Of a DNA stretch of 64,000 nucleotides, positions 11,035 through 19,693 are shown in pieces (position 1 is the stretch's first letter; the number at the start of each line of letters is the position of its first letter). Location: the IMG/VR virus record IMGVR_UViG_3300027708_002017; one strand, written 5' to 3'. This DNA is from an uncultured virus (IMG/VR IMGVR_UViG_3300027708_002017). Its lineage: Duplodnaviria > Heunggongvirae > Uroviricota > Caudoviricetes. The position numbers and the translations under genes were made by a program. The notes beneath the pieces were generated by a model. That model saw nothing but the letters and a program-made list of their open reading frames with translations, searched no databases and had not been told where the DNA came from.

Positions 11035-11473
11035 TGGATGTGTCGTAAGTCTGTGCAAAAATATCTTTTTTCACAACACCGTAATCTCCCGGGCCGTGAC
11101 GCACGATATAGTCTTCGCCTGCGGTGTAATTCAAATCACCCCAGCTGGCTTTTACCACACCACTGTGATCTGCTAGCTTGGCGTGTTTATGAATCTTCTT
11201 GGGAGTGGCAGTGCCATCCCGATTGTCATCATAGTAGTCAGCAAACTTTGCAGGGTTTACTGGATACTGTTCGCCCTTGGGGCCAGTAATAATTTTGAAT
11301 CCTGCTTGGTAGTCAACTGGACCTTCCAGTGTTTTTATAGTGCCTGGCTCAATCGCTGTTTTGTAGTGTATGGGTGTAGGATGTTTATAGGTTTCGAAAC
11401 TACCGCGAGCAAACCACTCATCGGTAATTCCGGCACCCATAGATTCTACAATATTGATAAACTCTCTAATCAT
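11018..11473 (-). CDS. PGDYG-domain protein
   Basis: TLEG..GPKGEQYPV and HGPGDYGVVKKDIF motifs. Confidence 0.7.
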   Translation of the reverse strand: MIREFINIVESMGAGITDEWFARGSFETYKHPTPIHYKTAIEPGTIKTLEGPVDYQAGFKIITGPKGEQYPVNPAKFADYYDDNRDGTATPKKIHKHAKLADHSGVVKASWGDLNYTAGEDYIVRHGPGDYGVVKKDIFAQTYDTSNVHSS

Positions 11474-12024
11474 TACTGCAATTCTTTCAAAGCCTCTGGC
11501 GCACGAGCGGCCATCTGTTCACGTACCTTAGCGGCTTCTTTAGCCTTACGCAATACGTTGGCATCCCCTGTCGGCAATGCTACCAGTACATAAGTACGGA
11601 AGCGTCCACCTTCGCCGATGTGTTTAATTTCTTTAACTTCGACACCAGTTAAGTCAACACTCTTGCAACTTGTACGCAAGGCCATTTCGCTAAACTCTGA
11701 ACTAGTTGTATCAGTGTCTGCACGATAGATCTTAGTGTTCTGGCTAGCAGTACCACCAGCGGCCATACAGATCTTACCATATGCGGCGGCCTTAGCCTTG
11801 ATATCGGCCATTGACCAATCTGAACTTACAGCAGTACCAGATTCAAAAACTGCACTGTTGCTCAGTGGAGGTTCTTTGAACCATTTAGGTGCTTGATCAA
11901 TAGCACGTTCAACATAGCGTTCATTACGTTCGCGTTCATTATCAGCACGTTTCTGATAAACATCAGTTGTACCACAAGCCGCAAGTACTGCAACCAAAGG
12001 AGCTAACATTAAAAACTTTTTCAT
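11473..12024 (-). CDS. Lipoprotein
   Basis: Signal peptide with lipobox LAAC. Confidence 0.75.
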   Translation of the reverse strand: MKKFLMLAPLVAVLAACGTTDVYQKRADNERERNERYVERAIDQAPKWFKEPPLSNSAVFESGTAVSSDWSMADIKAKAAAYGKICMAAGGTASQNTKIYRADTDTTSSEFSEMALRTSCKSVDLTGVEVKEIKHIGEGGRFRTYVLVALPTGDANVLRKAKEAAKVREQMAARAPEALKELQ

Positions 12025-12025
12025 T

Positions 12026-12148
12026 TTATTTTCCTGACATCTTTTCTTTTGTCCATTCTGCGGACGATTGAATATCCTTACCTACACCTGCTACTGTTCC
12101 GCAAGCGGCAAGGGCCGTTACTAAAATCAATGCTACTACAGTTTTCAT
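12026..12148 (-). CDS. Entericidin A/B-family small lipoprotein
   Basis: Below ORF-track cutoff: MKTVVALILVTALAACGTVAGVGKDIQSSAEWTKEKMSGK (lipobox plus C-x-T-x-x-G-x-G-x-D-I). Confidence 0.8.
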   Translation of the reverse strand: MKTVVALILVTALAACGTVAGVGKDIQSSAEWTKEKMSGK

Positions 12149-12273
12149 TTTGCCAACTCCACTGATTGTGTTTTAACAGTGTCTACGCCTTTGTCCAGCA
12201 TACGAGCGATTCCGCCAAAACCAACTGTAAAGAAAATACCGCCTGCGATAAAAACCACAATGTATTTCAACAT
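12145..12273 (-). CDS. Small membrane protein (42 aa)
   Basis: MLKYIVVFIAGGIFFTVGFGGIARMLDKGVDTVKTQSVELAK; SD AAAGG; ATGA overlap with next gene. Confidence 0.65.
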   Translation of the reverse strand: MLKYIVVFIAGGIFFTVGFGGIARMLDKGVDTVKTQSVELAK

Positions 12274-12311
12274 AGTAAACCTTTCTGTGTGTGTTTGTTG
12301 AACATGTTTAT

Positions 12312-12340
12312 ATTATACTGCCTTCGTTACCACTTGTCAA
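12312..12340 (-). promoter_or_regulatory. sigma70-type promoter
   Basis: TTGACA-N17-TATAAT. Confidence 0.85.
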
Positions 12341-12872
12341 CCACTACCCAAATGTCGTTCTGATCTTGTTGACAAATAACACCATTATATTCCACCGGAG
12401 CCTTGTTTCGAACATACTGCTCTTTGAATATACGACATTTTGAATATTGTTTGTACGGCCAATAGTGATTTAATCTAGTGTTCATACCAACTTCGTTTTC
12501 CAAAATTGTATCACCAATTTGGATCTTTTGTTTAACAGATTTACCTTCCTCGCATACCAAGTTAGCCTGTGTTTTGAATTGTCCGCCTAGATTGAGCAAC
12601 AATTCTCTACGGCTTCGTTCAACGGCATAGCCGCATAGTACGCTTTCGGATTCAGGACCATTAGCACGATAAACAACCATGTGTTCTGTACCGTCTACAT
12701 CAATTCTGTAAGATACACTACAACTGCCTTTGCCCGCATCGAAAATTTTGGATAGATTAGTTACCGGGCCGACTTTATGAGTATTTTCCAAAATACTAGC
12801 CGATTTCAAATTGCAGTTAGCCGACACAATTTGGCTAGCCAAGAGCAATGATAAGAGTAGATATTTTTTCAT
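12327..12872 (-). CDS. Secreted/periplasmic hypothetical protein
   Basis: Signal peptide MKKYLLLSLLLASQIVSA; Cys pairs. Confidence 0.7.
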   Translation of the reverse strand: MKKYLLLSLLLASQIVSANCNLKSASILENTHKVGPVTNLSKIFDAGKGSCSVSYRIDVDGTEHMVVYRANGPESESVLCGYAVERSRRELLLNLGGQFKTQANLVCEEGKSVKQKIQIGDTILENEVGMNTRLNHYWPYKQYSKCRIFKEQYVRNKAPVEYNGVICQQDQNDIWVVVDKW

Positions 12873-13147
12873 GACTTGTTGCACCTATAAGCAAACCACC
12901 AAATGTTAGATTTGATCATGCCATTCCATGCCCTATCATCTGCTGACAACTTATCAACATCTGAGTCAAAGTTAAACTTGGATTCAATAGCTCTAAGTTC
13001 CGCCAGCTGACTATCCGCCAGCTCACAGTTAAGCGGATAGTTAACCAAATACTCATAGGTCAAGTTTGGGGGTGCGGATACAGTTACACTTGCATTTTGA
13101 TTGCAAGCGCCTAGCAGTAGTGCTGAAAGCAATACAGCATACTTCAT
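12869..13147 (-). CDS. Lipoprotein
   Basis: Lipobox LGAC; SD AGGAG. Confidence 0.7.
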   Translation of the reverse strand: MKYAVLLSALLLGACNQNASVTVSAPPNLTYEYLVNYPLNCELADSQLAELRAIESKFNFDSDVDKLSADDRAWNGMIKSNIWWFAYRCNKS

Positions 13148-13179
13148 GAAATGCTCCTAATAACTGTTACGATATTAGT

Positions 13180-13208
13180 ATTATACAACCATTACTGATA
13201 CTTGTCAT
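13180..13208 (-). promoter_or_regulatory. sigma70-type promoter
   Basis: ATGACA-N17-TATAAT. Confidence 0.6.
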
Positions 13209-13638
13209 CCAGTTTGACACTCGAAAGTCCCGCGATGGTTTGGAACTTTTCCCAAGCCAATTTGGCTGTGGGATTGGTTTCTAATTCGCTATTTGGCAAG
13301 ACTGCTTCTAGCCAAATTTCTGGTCTGCGTGTTGGGTGTGCTCCAAATTGGCGAGGCTGATGGAACTTGCCACTTTCCCAAAGTTCGATGCTGACACTAC
13401 GGAACAAGTCTTCTTGATCATCGCCGTATCCTGCCCATTCCGGATTACTGCCACCGAAGAATCCACGCATCATGTTTGCATCAGTGCCGCCAGCATAGCC
13501 GTGCCAAATGCTCCGCCATTGTTCGTCATCGTGCGGATCAAAATTTGTACGAGCAATAATTACTAATACATCTTCGATATCCACTACACCGTCTACAATA
13601 TCTTTGACACAACGACTATAACTTAGACCAATTTTCAT
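13192..13638 (-). CDS. Hypothetical protein
   Basis: Start reassigned to MKIGLSYSRC. Confidence 0.7.
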   Translation of the reverse strand: MKIGLSYSRCVKDIVDGVVDIEDVLVIIARTNFDPHDDEQWRSIWHGYAGGTDANMMRGFFGGSNPEWAGYGDDQEDLFRSVSIELWESGKFHQPRQFGAHPTRRPEIWLEAVLPNSELETNPTAKLAWEKFQTIAGLSSVKLDDKYQ

Positions 13639-13639
13639 A

Positions 13640-13873
13640 TTATCTTCCCGTAGTAGTGCGACTAACCGTAGGACCTGCACTTTCAAAATCCATACCAGCA
13701 TTACGACCTTCATAACACCGGCCGTTCCATTTCATACTAATCTTAACTGCCTTGCCAACGATAACGTTCAGGATCTTGTGTTCTTCAAAATCCTGAACGA
13801 CTGCTTCAGTTAGTTTAGCAGACTTTGCCATTTTGATTTGACAAGTATCACTGTGCCTCAGTATTGTTGCCAC
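13640..13873 (-). CDS. Hypothetical protein
   Basis: 77-aa ORF with SD GGAGG. Confidence 0.65.
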   Translation of the reverse strand: MATILRHSDTCQIKMAKSAKLTEAVVQDFEEHKILNVIVGKAVKISMKWNGRCYEGRNAGMDFESAGPTVSRTTTGR

Positions 13874-14024
13874 TAGCGGCCTCCAATTCTGCTACACGTT
13901 TTTGTAGTTGTACAACACCTTCTTCCAGTTTGTCAATATGATCAGCAACTTGCTTCATAAATCCCAAACTGTTATCTGCTGTCAAGCGAATCATATCGCT
14001 TACTGATTTAACTTCTTCTGTCAT
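13848..14024 (-). CDS. Small coiled-coil protein (58 aa)
   Basis: Hand translation MTEEVKSVSDMIRLTADNSLGFMKQVADHIDKLEEG...; SD GGAGA. Confidence 0.6.
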   Translation of the reverse strand: MTEEVKSVSDMIRLTADNSLGFMKQVADHIDKLEEGVVQLQKRVAELEAASGNNTEAQ

Positions 14025-14909
14025 TTAGATCTCCAATAAAATATTAGGGTTCCAGCCAGTGTCTTCGCTGTAACCATCGTTTTCGTAACCACGTGGGTTA
14101 CATACAACTCGTGTTTCACCGATCATGTAATCAAATGGATGATGAGTATGTCCATGTGTCCACAACACAATCTGTGGGTGATCCAAAATGAACTCACTCA
14201 AGTCACTGTGGTAGCCACCATTCATCAAATGATCATTGCCGTACTGTTCGTGACAGCTTTGGAAACTTGGACTGTGATGTCCTACCACAACGCACTTTTT
14301 ATCCTTGTGTTCCTGCACAATCAGTTTGATGTAGGCAAGAGTCTTATCGTGACGTACAGCAACATCCAATGCACTCATACAAGCATAGCTTCTGTAGTCG
14401 TTACGGATGATGCGAAAGTCATTCATCATACCTTCGATAGCATGCATGGTCAGCGGATCGCGCTTGTTCATATCAGTCCAAAGTGTTCCGCCCACAAACA
14501 CCACATCAGAGACTTCACCGGTTTCTTTATTCCTATCTTGAATGATAACTGTATCTTGTTCCAGCATATGAATGTTAGGATACTTGGCGCACTCGTCACG
14601 CATGTAATCGATAGCACCATAGAACTTGCCGTGATAGAATTCGTGATTGCCCATGATGTAGATAACATGTGGGAACTGAAAACTGCAACGCTTCAAAAAG
14701 TCTCTGTAGGCCTGCGCTTTACGCTGTCTACGTCCGAGACCTTCTAAGTTAACATTAGAATACATACCATAGTCCATCTCAGGATGGTCGTGGAGATCTT
14801 GGGCGACCAAAATGTCACCGCCAAGAATCAAAACGTCATAGTTATTGTCGTTTTGAATGTTGATGTCACTGAACTCTAAATGTAGATCACTGACCAGTTT
14901 GATTCTCAT
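14025..14909 (-). CDS. Calcineurin-like metallophosphoesterase
   Basis: SDLH, GGD, GNHE, HH, HGHTH motifs. Confidence 0.9.
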   Translation of the reverse strand: MRIKLVSDLHLEFSDINIQNDNNYDVLILGGDILVAQDLHDHPEMDYGMYSNVNLEGLGRRQRKAQAYRDFLKRCSFQFPHVIYIMGNHEFYHGKFYGAIDYMRDECAKYPNIHMLEQDTVIIQDRNKETGEVSDVVFVGGTLWTDMNKRDPLTMHAIEGMMNDFRIIRNDYRSYACMSALDVAVRHDKTLAYIKLIVQEHKDKKCVVVGHHSPSFQSCHEQYGNDHLMNGGYHSDLSEFILDHPQIVLWTHGHTHHPFDYMIGETRVVCNPRGYENDGYSEDTGWNPNILLEI

Positions 14910-15558
14910 TTTTAACCTTCTTCAAAAAAGAATTTACATTCCAAGAATTATTTAATCCCCAAAAATCACAATAGTATCGGTCAACTTCATAGTTATTGCT
15001 AGATGACATGAATGTATCCAGATCATGATATTTGTCTACATCCAAAGTATCTTCAATAATCAAGTAGTCGCCTACCTCTAAAAATCTGTCAACTTGTCTG
15101 CATAACTCAACTACATTAGCATGGCAATCTTCTATTACAAGGATTGGCTTAGGTAGTTGTTTTAACACAACTAAATTATCATCGACATATTGTTGTATGT
15201 TGTTAACATCTAATTGTGTTATTACAATATCAGTATTATAGCACTTAATTGGATGTGTGTCAATGTCATACGTATAAATTGTGCAGTCATTTTTTATTGC
15301 ACGATTTACGTCAGACATCCATTGAGCACTGCCTCCATCAAACGATCCAAACTCAACGATAGTTTTTGGTTTTAAATCCTGTATCAATTGTTGATAAATG
15401 GACAAGGTCATGGGATCCTTCATTAGGGTAAGACCTTGCCATTTGAATCGTGTCCATTTAGTTTCTTTTATCGTCTGAGAATAATCGGGCAAAAATTCTT
15501 TTATAGCACTAACTATAGAATTAAATGTCTTCACTTTTCTTAAAAGGCCATTGTCCAC
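14887..15558 (-). CDS. CmcI-family (cephalosporin hydroxylase-like) SAM-dependent methyltransferase
   Basis: KDP..IYQQLI..LKPKTIVEFGS.DGGSA; VIED; YLIIED. Confidence 0.8.
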   Translation of the reverse strand: MDNGLLRKVKTFNSIVSAIKEFLPDYSQTIKETKWTRFKWQGLTLMKDPMTLSIYQQLIQDLKPKTIVEFGSFDGGSAQWMSDVNRAIKNDCTIYTYDIDTHPIKCYNTDIVITQLDVNNIQQYVDDNLVVLKQLPKPILVIEDCHANVVELCRQVDRFLEVGDYLIIEDTLDVDKYHDLDTFMSSSNNYEVDRYYCDFWGLNNSWNVNSFLKKVKNENQTGQ

Positions 15559-16114
15559 CTTCGGCTACCCACTGCTGGGCTTCTTCTTTAGTATACTCGC
15601 CTTTATTGACTTTATCAATAAAATCACGCAACATTTGATTAACAAAGTCGTTAAATGTCATGTTCTTTTCGTGCGCTTGTTTAAAAGCAAACATAAGAAT
15701 TTCGTCCGGCAAGTTGATTGGAATTGATACATCTGTACTGTAGTCTTCACCTGAACGAATAGCCAGCGCCTTTTGAATAAAGTCATCGACAACTTCTAAG
15801 TCTACATAATTGACATCGTCCCATGCTTCATTCAAATCGACATTGCGAGCTAGTGCTTCTTTACGATGTTTTTCTTGGAACTTTGGGTTTATCATTCTAT
15901 ATGCACGGTCGTTGGTATAATCGCTCATACTGACTTCGTATACCTTTTGACTTTTGGTACTGAACACAATACTAAAACTATACCCACCTTTGCCGTGGAC
16001 ACCATTCCAACTATCCAGGCAATAGGCATTTGGGCCATAGCAACTCCAACCATACTCACTACCTTCGGTAATTTTATAGTCAGTCAATTCCATCCATTCT
16101 TTAATTGTAATCAT
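15521..16114 (-). CDS. Hypothetical protein
   Basis: 197-aa ORF in operon. Confidence 0.7.
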   Translation of the reverse strand: MITIKEWMELTDYKITEGSEYGWSCYGPNAYCLDSWNGVHGKGGYSFSIVFSTKSQKVYEVSMSDYTNDRAYRMINPKFQEKHRKEALARNVDLNEAWDDVNYVDLEVVDDFIQKALAIRSGEDYSTDVSIPINLPDEILMFAFKQAHEKNMTFNDFVNQMLRDFIDKVNKGEYTKEEAQQWVAEGGQWPFKKSEDI

Positions 16115-16287
16115 TTAAATTCCTTTGTATCAATTAAAATAACTGTACCAACAACTAACCACAACATGCCATTAGTATAATCCCCAAAAGATATACTAAC
16201 GATGCCATCTATCACATTTAAACCGCCAACAGTATAACCAATAGTTTTACGGTGACGCCCAAACCAGTTTAAAAAATTATTCATCAT
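16111..16287 (-). CDS. Small two-helix membrane protein
   Basis: MMNNFLNWFG... with two hydrophobic segments. Confidence 0.6.
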   Translation of the reverse strand: MMNNFLNWFGRHRKTIGYTVGGLNVIDGIVSISFGDYTNGMLWLVVGTVILIDTKEFK

Positions 16288-16699
16288 TGTCTTCTTCACT
16301 TTCATAATCAATGCCGCCATGCTCTTTACAAGCAGTCTTAATCCAGCCACCGCTTGTTCTTGTGCCAGGGTTGCCGCAAGTTTCGCACATTATTCCTGAC
16401 ATGCTTTCTGCCATGCTTACAAGTCCGCTGATGTAGTCATCGCCGCCACTATAGTAAAATCTTAGTGTGCCAAACTTTTCTTTGACCTGTTCTAACACCA
16501 CTTGCGGAACCACTTCTTCTGTTCGATTCTTCCAATCAATGTGATGTTGGATATTACCCATGAGCTGATTGAGAATTGGGAACCAACCATCTCCACATTC
16601 AAATCCCCAGCACATACAAGTTTCAGTCATAGGTGCATTGCGGTTTACCATCATCTTTGGATATACCTTACAGAGGTATTCGTCATGTTCTTGTTTCAT
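16277..16699 (-). CDS. Conserved-looking phage protein with C-terminal Zn motif
   Basis: QVKEKFGTLRFY; CETCG..C..H. Confidence 0.7.
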   Translation of the reverse strand: MKQEHDEYLCKVYPKMMVNRNAPMTETCMCWGFECGDGWFPILNQLMGNIQHHIDWKNRTEEVVPQVVLEQVKEKFGTLRFYYSGGDDYISGLVSMAESMSGIMCETCGNPGTRTSGGWIKTACKEHGGIDYESEEDNDE

Positions 16700-16890
16700 T
16701 ACCAGCTCTCCACGCCTCTTACTTCAACTGAAATCTTTGCAGGGTAGCCGGCAATTTCAGTATCGTAAGTTAAAGTTAAAATACTACCAATGCCAGACTC
16801 ATCGGTCTGCCCTAGAGTAAAATACTCTGTGCCTACTTCCTCGCAGATTTTTTTAATCTTGTCCAATTCAAACACATTTAAATTAATCAT
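16699..16890 (-). CDS. Hypothetical protein
   Basis: Small coupled ORF. Confidence 0.6.
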   Translation of the reverse strand: MINLNVFELDKIKKICEEVGTEYFTLGQTDESGIGSILTLTYDTEIAGYPAKISVEVRGVESW

Positions 16891-17576
16891 CACTGTGCCG
16901 CTTTCACAAAGTTAAGTCTAGTAACATCATTTTGATGTTTCCAATGTTTAGTATGATCCTTAACTTTTGCCTTGACAATTACACAAGCACCTAAGTTAAG
17001 GGTTGTCTTGTTAAGCCAAGACGCCATCCTGTTGTTAATTATAGCAGAAATATTGTAGCCTTCATAGTTTTTTGACTTAACTGACTCAAGTATTTCGCAA
17101 TCTAAATCTTTCAACTGACTGCCAATCGCACCCAAATATCCTTCTTCAACTTGACGTGCAACTTTTTTGATTTTGTTTTGAGCACGATCTCTAACGTACA
17201 CACTGGGCAAGCAGGCCACATAACCAAACTGGTTTTGCTTCACTGCATCGCCGCTCAATATGGTATTGATGCTGGTCTGGAAATCATTTTCGCCTTCAAT
17301 AGCGGCAAACAACAATCGTTTAAAATAGTTTTTGATTTCTTCTGCTAGGGCAACATCTTCGGGCAGTACCTTTATGGGCGCAGGCCCACTGGATGGTTCA
17401 GCAGTCCAAATAGTAAAATCCAGTGTACACAACATCATCATTTTATTGGCATGTTTGGTGTACATGAATTTTCCGTCTTCGGCGTGAATGTGCTCGGGTT
17501 CTTTGATGTACGCACCGTTAATGCGCTGTGCCGCACAGGCCAACTCTAATACCTGTTGTGTGGGAAACTCTTTCAT
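16890..17576 (-). CDS. Hypothetical protein (possible C-terminal OB fold)
   Basis: 228-aa ORF; beta-rich C-terminus ending TRLNFVK. Confidence 0.65.
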   Translation of the reverse strand: MKEFPTQQVLELACAAQRINGAYIKEPEHIHAEDGKFMYTKHANKMMMLCTLDFTIWTAEPSSGPAPIKVLPEDVALAEEIKNYFKRLLFAAIEGENDFQTSINTILSGDAVKQNQFGYVACLPSVYVRDRAQNKIKKVARQVEEGYLGAIGSQLKDLDCEILESVKSKNYEGYNISAIINNRMASWLNKTTLNLGACVIVKAKVKDHTKHWKHQNDVTRLNFVKAAQ

Positions 17577-17605
17577 AACGCTCTCTGTGTGTTAATGTAC
17601 TTTGT

Positions 17606-17634
17606 ATTTTACATGAAAACGTATCTCTTGTCAA
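17606..17634 (-). promoter_or_regulatory. sigma70-type promoter
   Basis: TTGACA-N17-TAAAAT. Confidence 0.75.
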
Positions 17635-18271
17635 CTGTTTCCAAGTGATGATATATCTTTTTGGATAATTTTTTGGTGATACTGTTCAAGCCAAAATGGC
17701 TGATATATGCTCGTAGTTGGGGACTGGAAAATTGACTACCTGTACGCATTTTACTCAAAACGCTGATCCTACCCAATCTTCGTTTGGCACGTTCTACATC
17801 CATTGTGCGTAGCAGTTCAATAGCAATACTAAATGCATAGGCATCCAATTCATCATCATCTGCAAGGTATGCTTCATATGGTGTGTCAGCATGCTCTCCA
17901 TACTGGTTATGGTCTCTGCGCATACTTTGATATTGGTGACGGAATTCGTGTACAGTTGCATCAAATATTTCTGTGAGAAAACTAGTTATTTGGTGCGACC
18001 CAAATTCTTCGTCGCCGTGCAGGTTATGATAAACAATAACTTCTATAGCTGTATCTAAATTAAAATCATTTTCGCTATCGTAGTATGCCATAACATACCA
18101 CTTGTCCGCATCTAAGTCCCGATCTTTTTTGGTTTTGATTGCAATATCAAATTCATGTAGTTTGAATGTATTGCGAGTACGGCCTATTAGTTTTTTAAAA
18201 GTCGTTGGATCCGGGCTCTGTTCTCGAACTTGTTTACAAACATTATATACACGTTCGAGAATGATGTTCAT
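17609..18271 (-). CDS. Zincin-like (HExxH) protein, similar in layout to 9038-9763
   Basis: VHEFRHQYQ...DELDAYA. Confidence 0.65.
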   Translation of the reverse strand: MNIILERVYNVCKQVREQSPDPTTFKKLIGRTRNTFKLHEFDIAIKTKKDRDLDADKWYVMAYYDSENDFNLDTAIEVIVYHNLHGDEEFGSHQITSFLTEIFDATVHEFRHQYQSMRRDHNQYGEHADTPYEAYLADDDELDAYAFSIAIELLRTMDVERAKRRLGRISVLSKMRTGSQFSSPQLRAYISHFGLNSITKKLSKKIYHHLETVDKRYVFM

Positions 18272-18273
18272 AG

Positions 18274-18495
18274 TTACAACCTAAATGTTATTCTACCCTT
18301 GCTTAAATCATAAGGGCTAACTTCTAATTTGACATTATCACCTAAAATGATTCTAATCTTATGTTGCTTCAATCTACCACCCATATAGCATAATAGTGGG
18401 TTGGGCATATTTTCTACTTTTACTCTAAACATACTGCCGGGTAGTACTTCTTCAACTGCACCCACCAATTCTATTACGTCTTCTTTATTGCTCAT
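18274..18495 (-). CDS. infA: Translation initiation factor IF-1
   Basis: KEDVIEL.G.VEEVLP..MFRV..EN...IRIILGD.V.LEVSPYDLSKGRITFR. Confidence 0.95.
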   Translation of the reverse strand: MSNKEDVIELVGAVEEVLPGSMFRVKVENMPNPLLCYMGGRLKQHKIRIILGDNVKLEVSPYDLSKGRITFRL

Positions 18496-18655
18496 CTTTT
18501 ACTTTTGTAAGGCACCAAGTGCCGTCTCCGTTGTCTTTCCAATCAAGTGTGTCGCCTTCTTTCCAGCCTGCTTGTGCTAGAAAATCTTCAGGAAATGGAA
18601 GGATACAATCTCCAGTTTCTGGATCTTCTTCTACTGTTATGGTCCAAGTTGTCAT
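18485..18655 (-). CDS. AbrB/MazE-like small DNA-binding protein
   Basis: ILPFPEDFLAQAGWKEGDTLDW pattern. Confidence 0.6.
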   Translation of the reverse strand: MTTWTITVEEDPETGDCILPFPEDFLAQAGWKEGDTLDWKDNGDGTWCLTKVKDEQ

Positions 18656-18674
18656 AATATTATTTACACCTTTA

Positions 18675-19208
18675 TTAGTCATCTTCCCAAGGAACTGGTC
18701 TCCAACCTAAACGATTCAAGTCCAATTCAATCTCTTCAGTCACAACACCTTCCGGAACATAACCTGTGCCATCGGCACCAGTTAGGCCATTGCCTAATTC
18801 GGCATTACCGATACCGCTACAGTACCAGTCAATATAGTCACCCTTTTCTTGCATGTCAGCTATTATACCACCGGCACTGCGCCAACTGCAACTCCAAGTT
18901 TCGCCTTTCATCTCTTGCCAAAACTCTCTGCTTTGCCAAGTCATATTACACATGGCCGCATACAAGTTTTGGGCGTAGGTGTCACTGGCTTTAACTTTGT
19001 CGCAAATCCACTTGGTGCTACGTAGATCGTACTCCATGTTGTTCTTTTGCCAAGCAGGATCTAAAATTTCTTCTGCTTCCTGTTCCCGCCAACTTTCATA
19101 CATATTAACATAGTCGGGATTTGGTTCTTTGCCTTCTTCCTCGCAGTGTTTGATATACCCTTCTTTTTGAAAGGTATGGCGTTCAGGGCTTGAATTTACT
19201 TTGGTCAT
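18675..19208 (-). CDS. Hypothetical protein
   Basis: 177 aa; YAQNLYAAMCN, WSCSWRSAGG motifs. Confidence 0.7.
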   Translation of the reverse strand: MTKVNSSPERHTFQKEGYIKHCEEEGKEPNPDYVNMYESWREQEAEEILDPAWQKNNMEYDLRSTKWICDKVKASDTYAQNLYAAMCNMTWQSREFWQEMKGETWSCSWRSAGGIIADMQEKGDYIDWYCSGIGNAELGNGLTGADGTGYVPEGVVTEEIELDLNRLGWRPVPWEDD

Positions 19209-19525
19209 TTGTGAAACTTTCCTTGAAAGCAGTGGCGCATTTCATGTCCTACAGTCCAGTAGTCAGTATTCTTTGCTGTAATTATAATGCAGGTATCTTT
19301 CTTATCCCAAAAGCTACAGGCATCCATGTTTTTATTTCCTGTTTGGAAAGGTCCAAATCCACGCCGGGCATTTTCGGCATCGCATGCCGCCTTTACATTG
19401 TCCACAGTACGCCAAGTAATAGTTGTGGAATTGGTTACATTATTTTCGTTTGAGAATTTATCATAGGGAGTTTCAACTGCCCATGCATTGGATACAAACA
19501 ATAATAGTACAAGTGCCTTTTTCAT
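19205..19525 (-). CDS. Secreted protein with HExxH motif
   Basis: True start MKKALVLLLFVSNAWA (signal peptide); GHEMRHCFQG. Confidence 0.7.
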   Translation of the reverse strand: MKKALVLLLFVSNAWAVETPYDKFSNENNVTNSTTITWRTVDNVKAACDAENARRGFGPFQTGNKNMDACSFWDKKDTCIIITAKNTDYWTVGHEMRHCFQGKFHK

Positions 19526-19541
19526 TTTCTTTGCCTTAATT

Positions 19542-19658
19542 TGGTGTAGACGGGAAGATTCGAACTTCCAAAGCCACCCTAAGGGCAAGGCCCATTCCCT
19601 CCGTTCAGCTGGGGGTCAGCTTACTAGGAGGAGGTATACCGGTTCCACTCACGTCTAC
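19542..19658 (-). ncRNA. Atypical tRNA-like RNA (117 nt) with expanded anticodon arm
   Basis: Acceptor GTAGACG/CGTCTAC plus A-CCA, T arm GGAAG-TTCGAAT-CTTCC, D-loop GG, long variable arm, 24-nt anticodon loop. Confidence 0.75.
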
Positions 19659-19664
19659 CCTGTT

Positions 19665-19693
19665 AGTATACTATCATTTGTAAATACTGTCAA
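19665..19693 (-). promoter_or_regulatory. sigma70-type promoter for the tRNA-like RNA
   Basis: TTGACA-N17-TATACT, 6 nt upstream of the RNA 5' end. Confidence 0.8.

Noticed and set aside
19526..19588. N-terminal extension MPLGWLWKFESSRLHQ of ORF 19205-19588
   Set aside because: It is the 3' half of the tRNA-like RNA; the signal-peptide start is at 19525.
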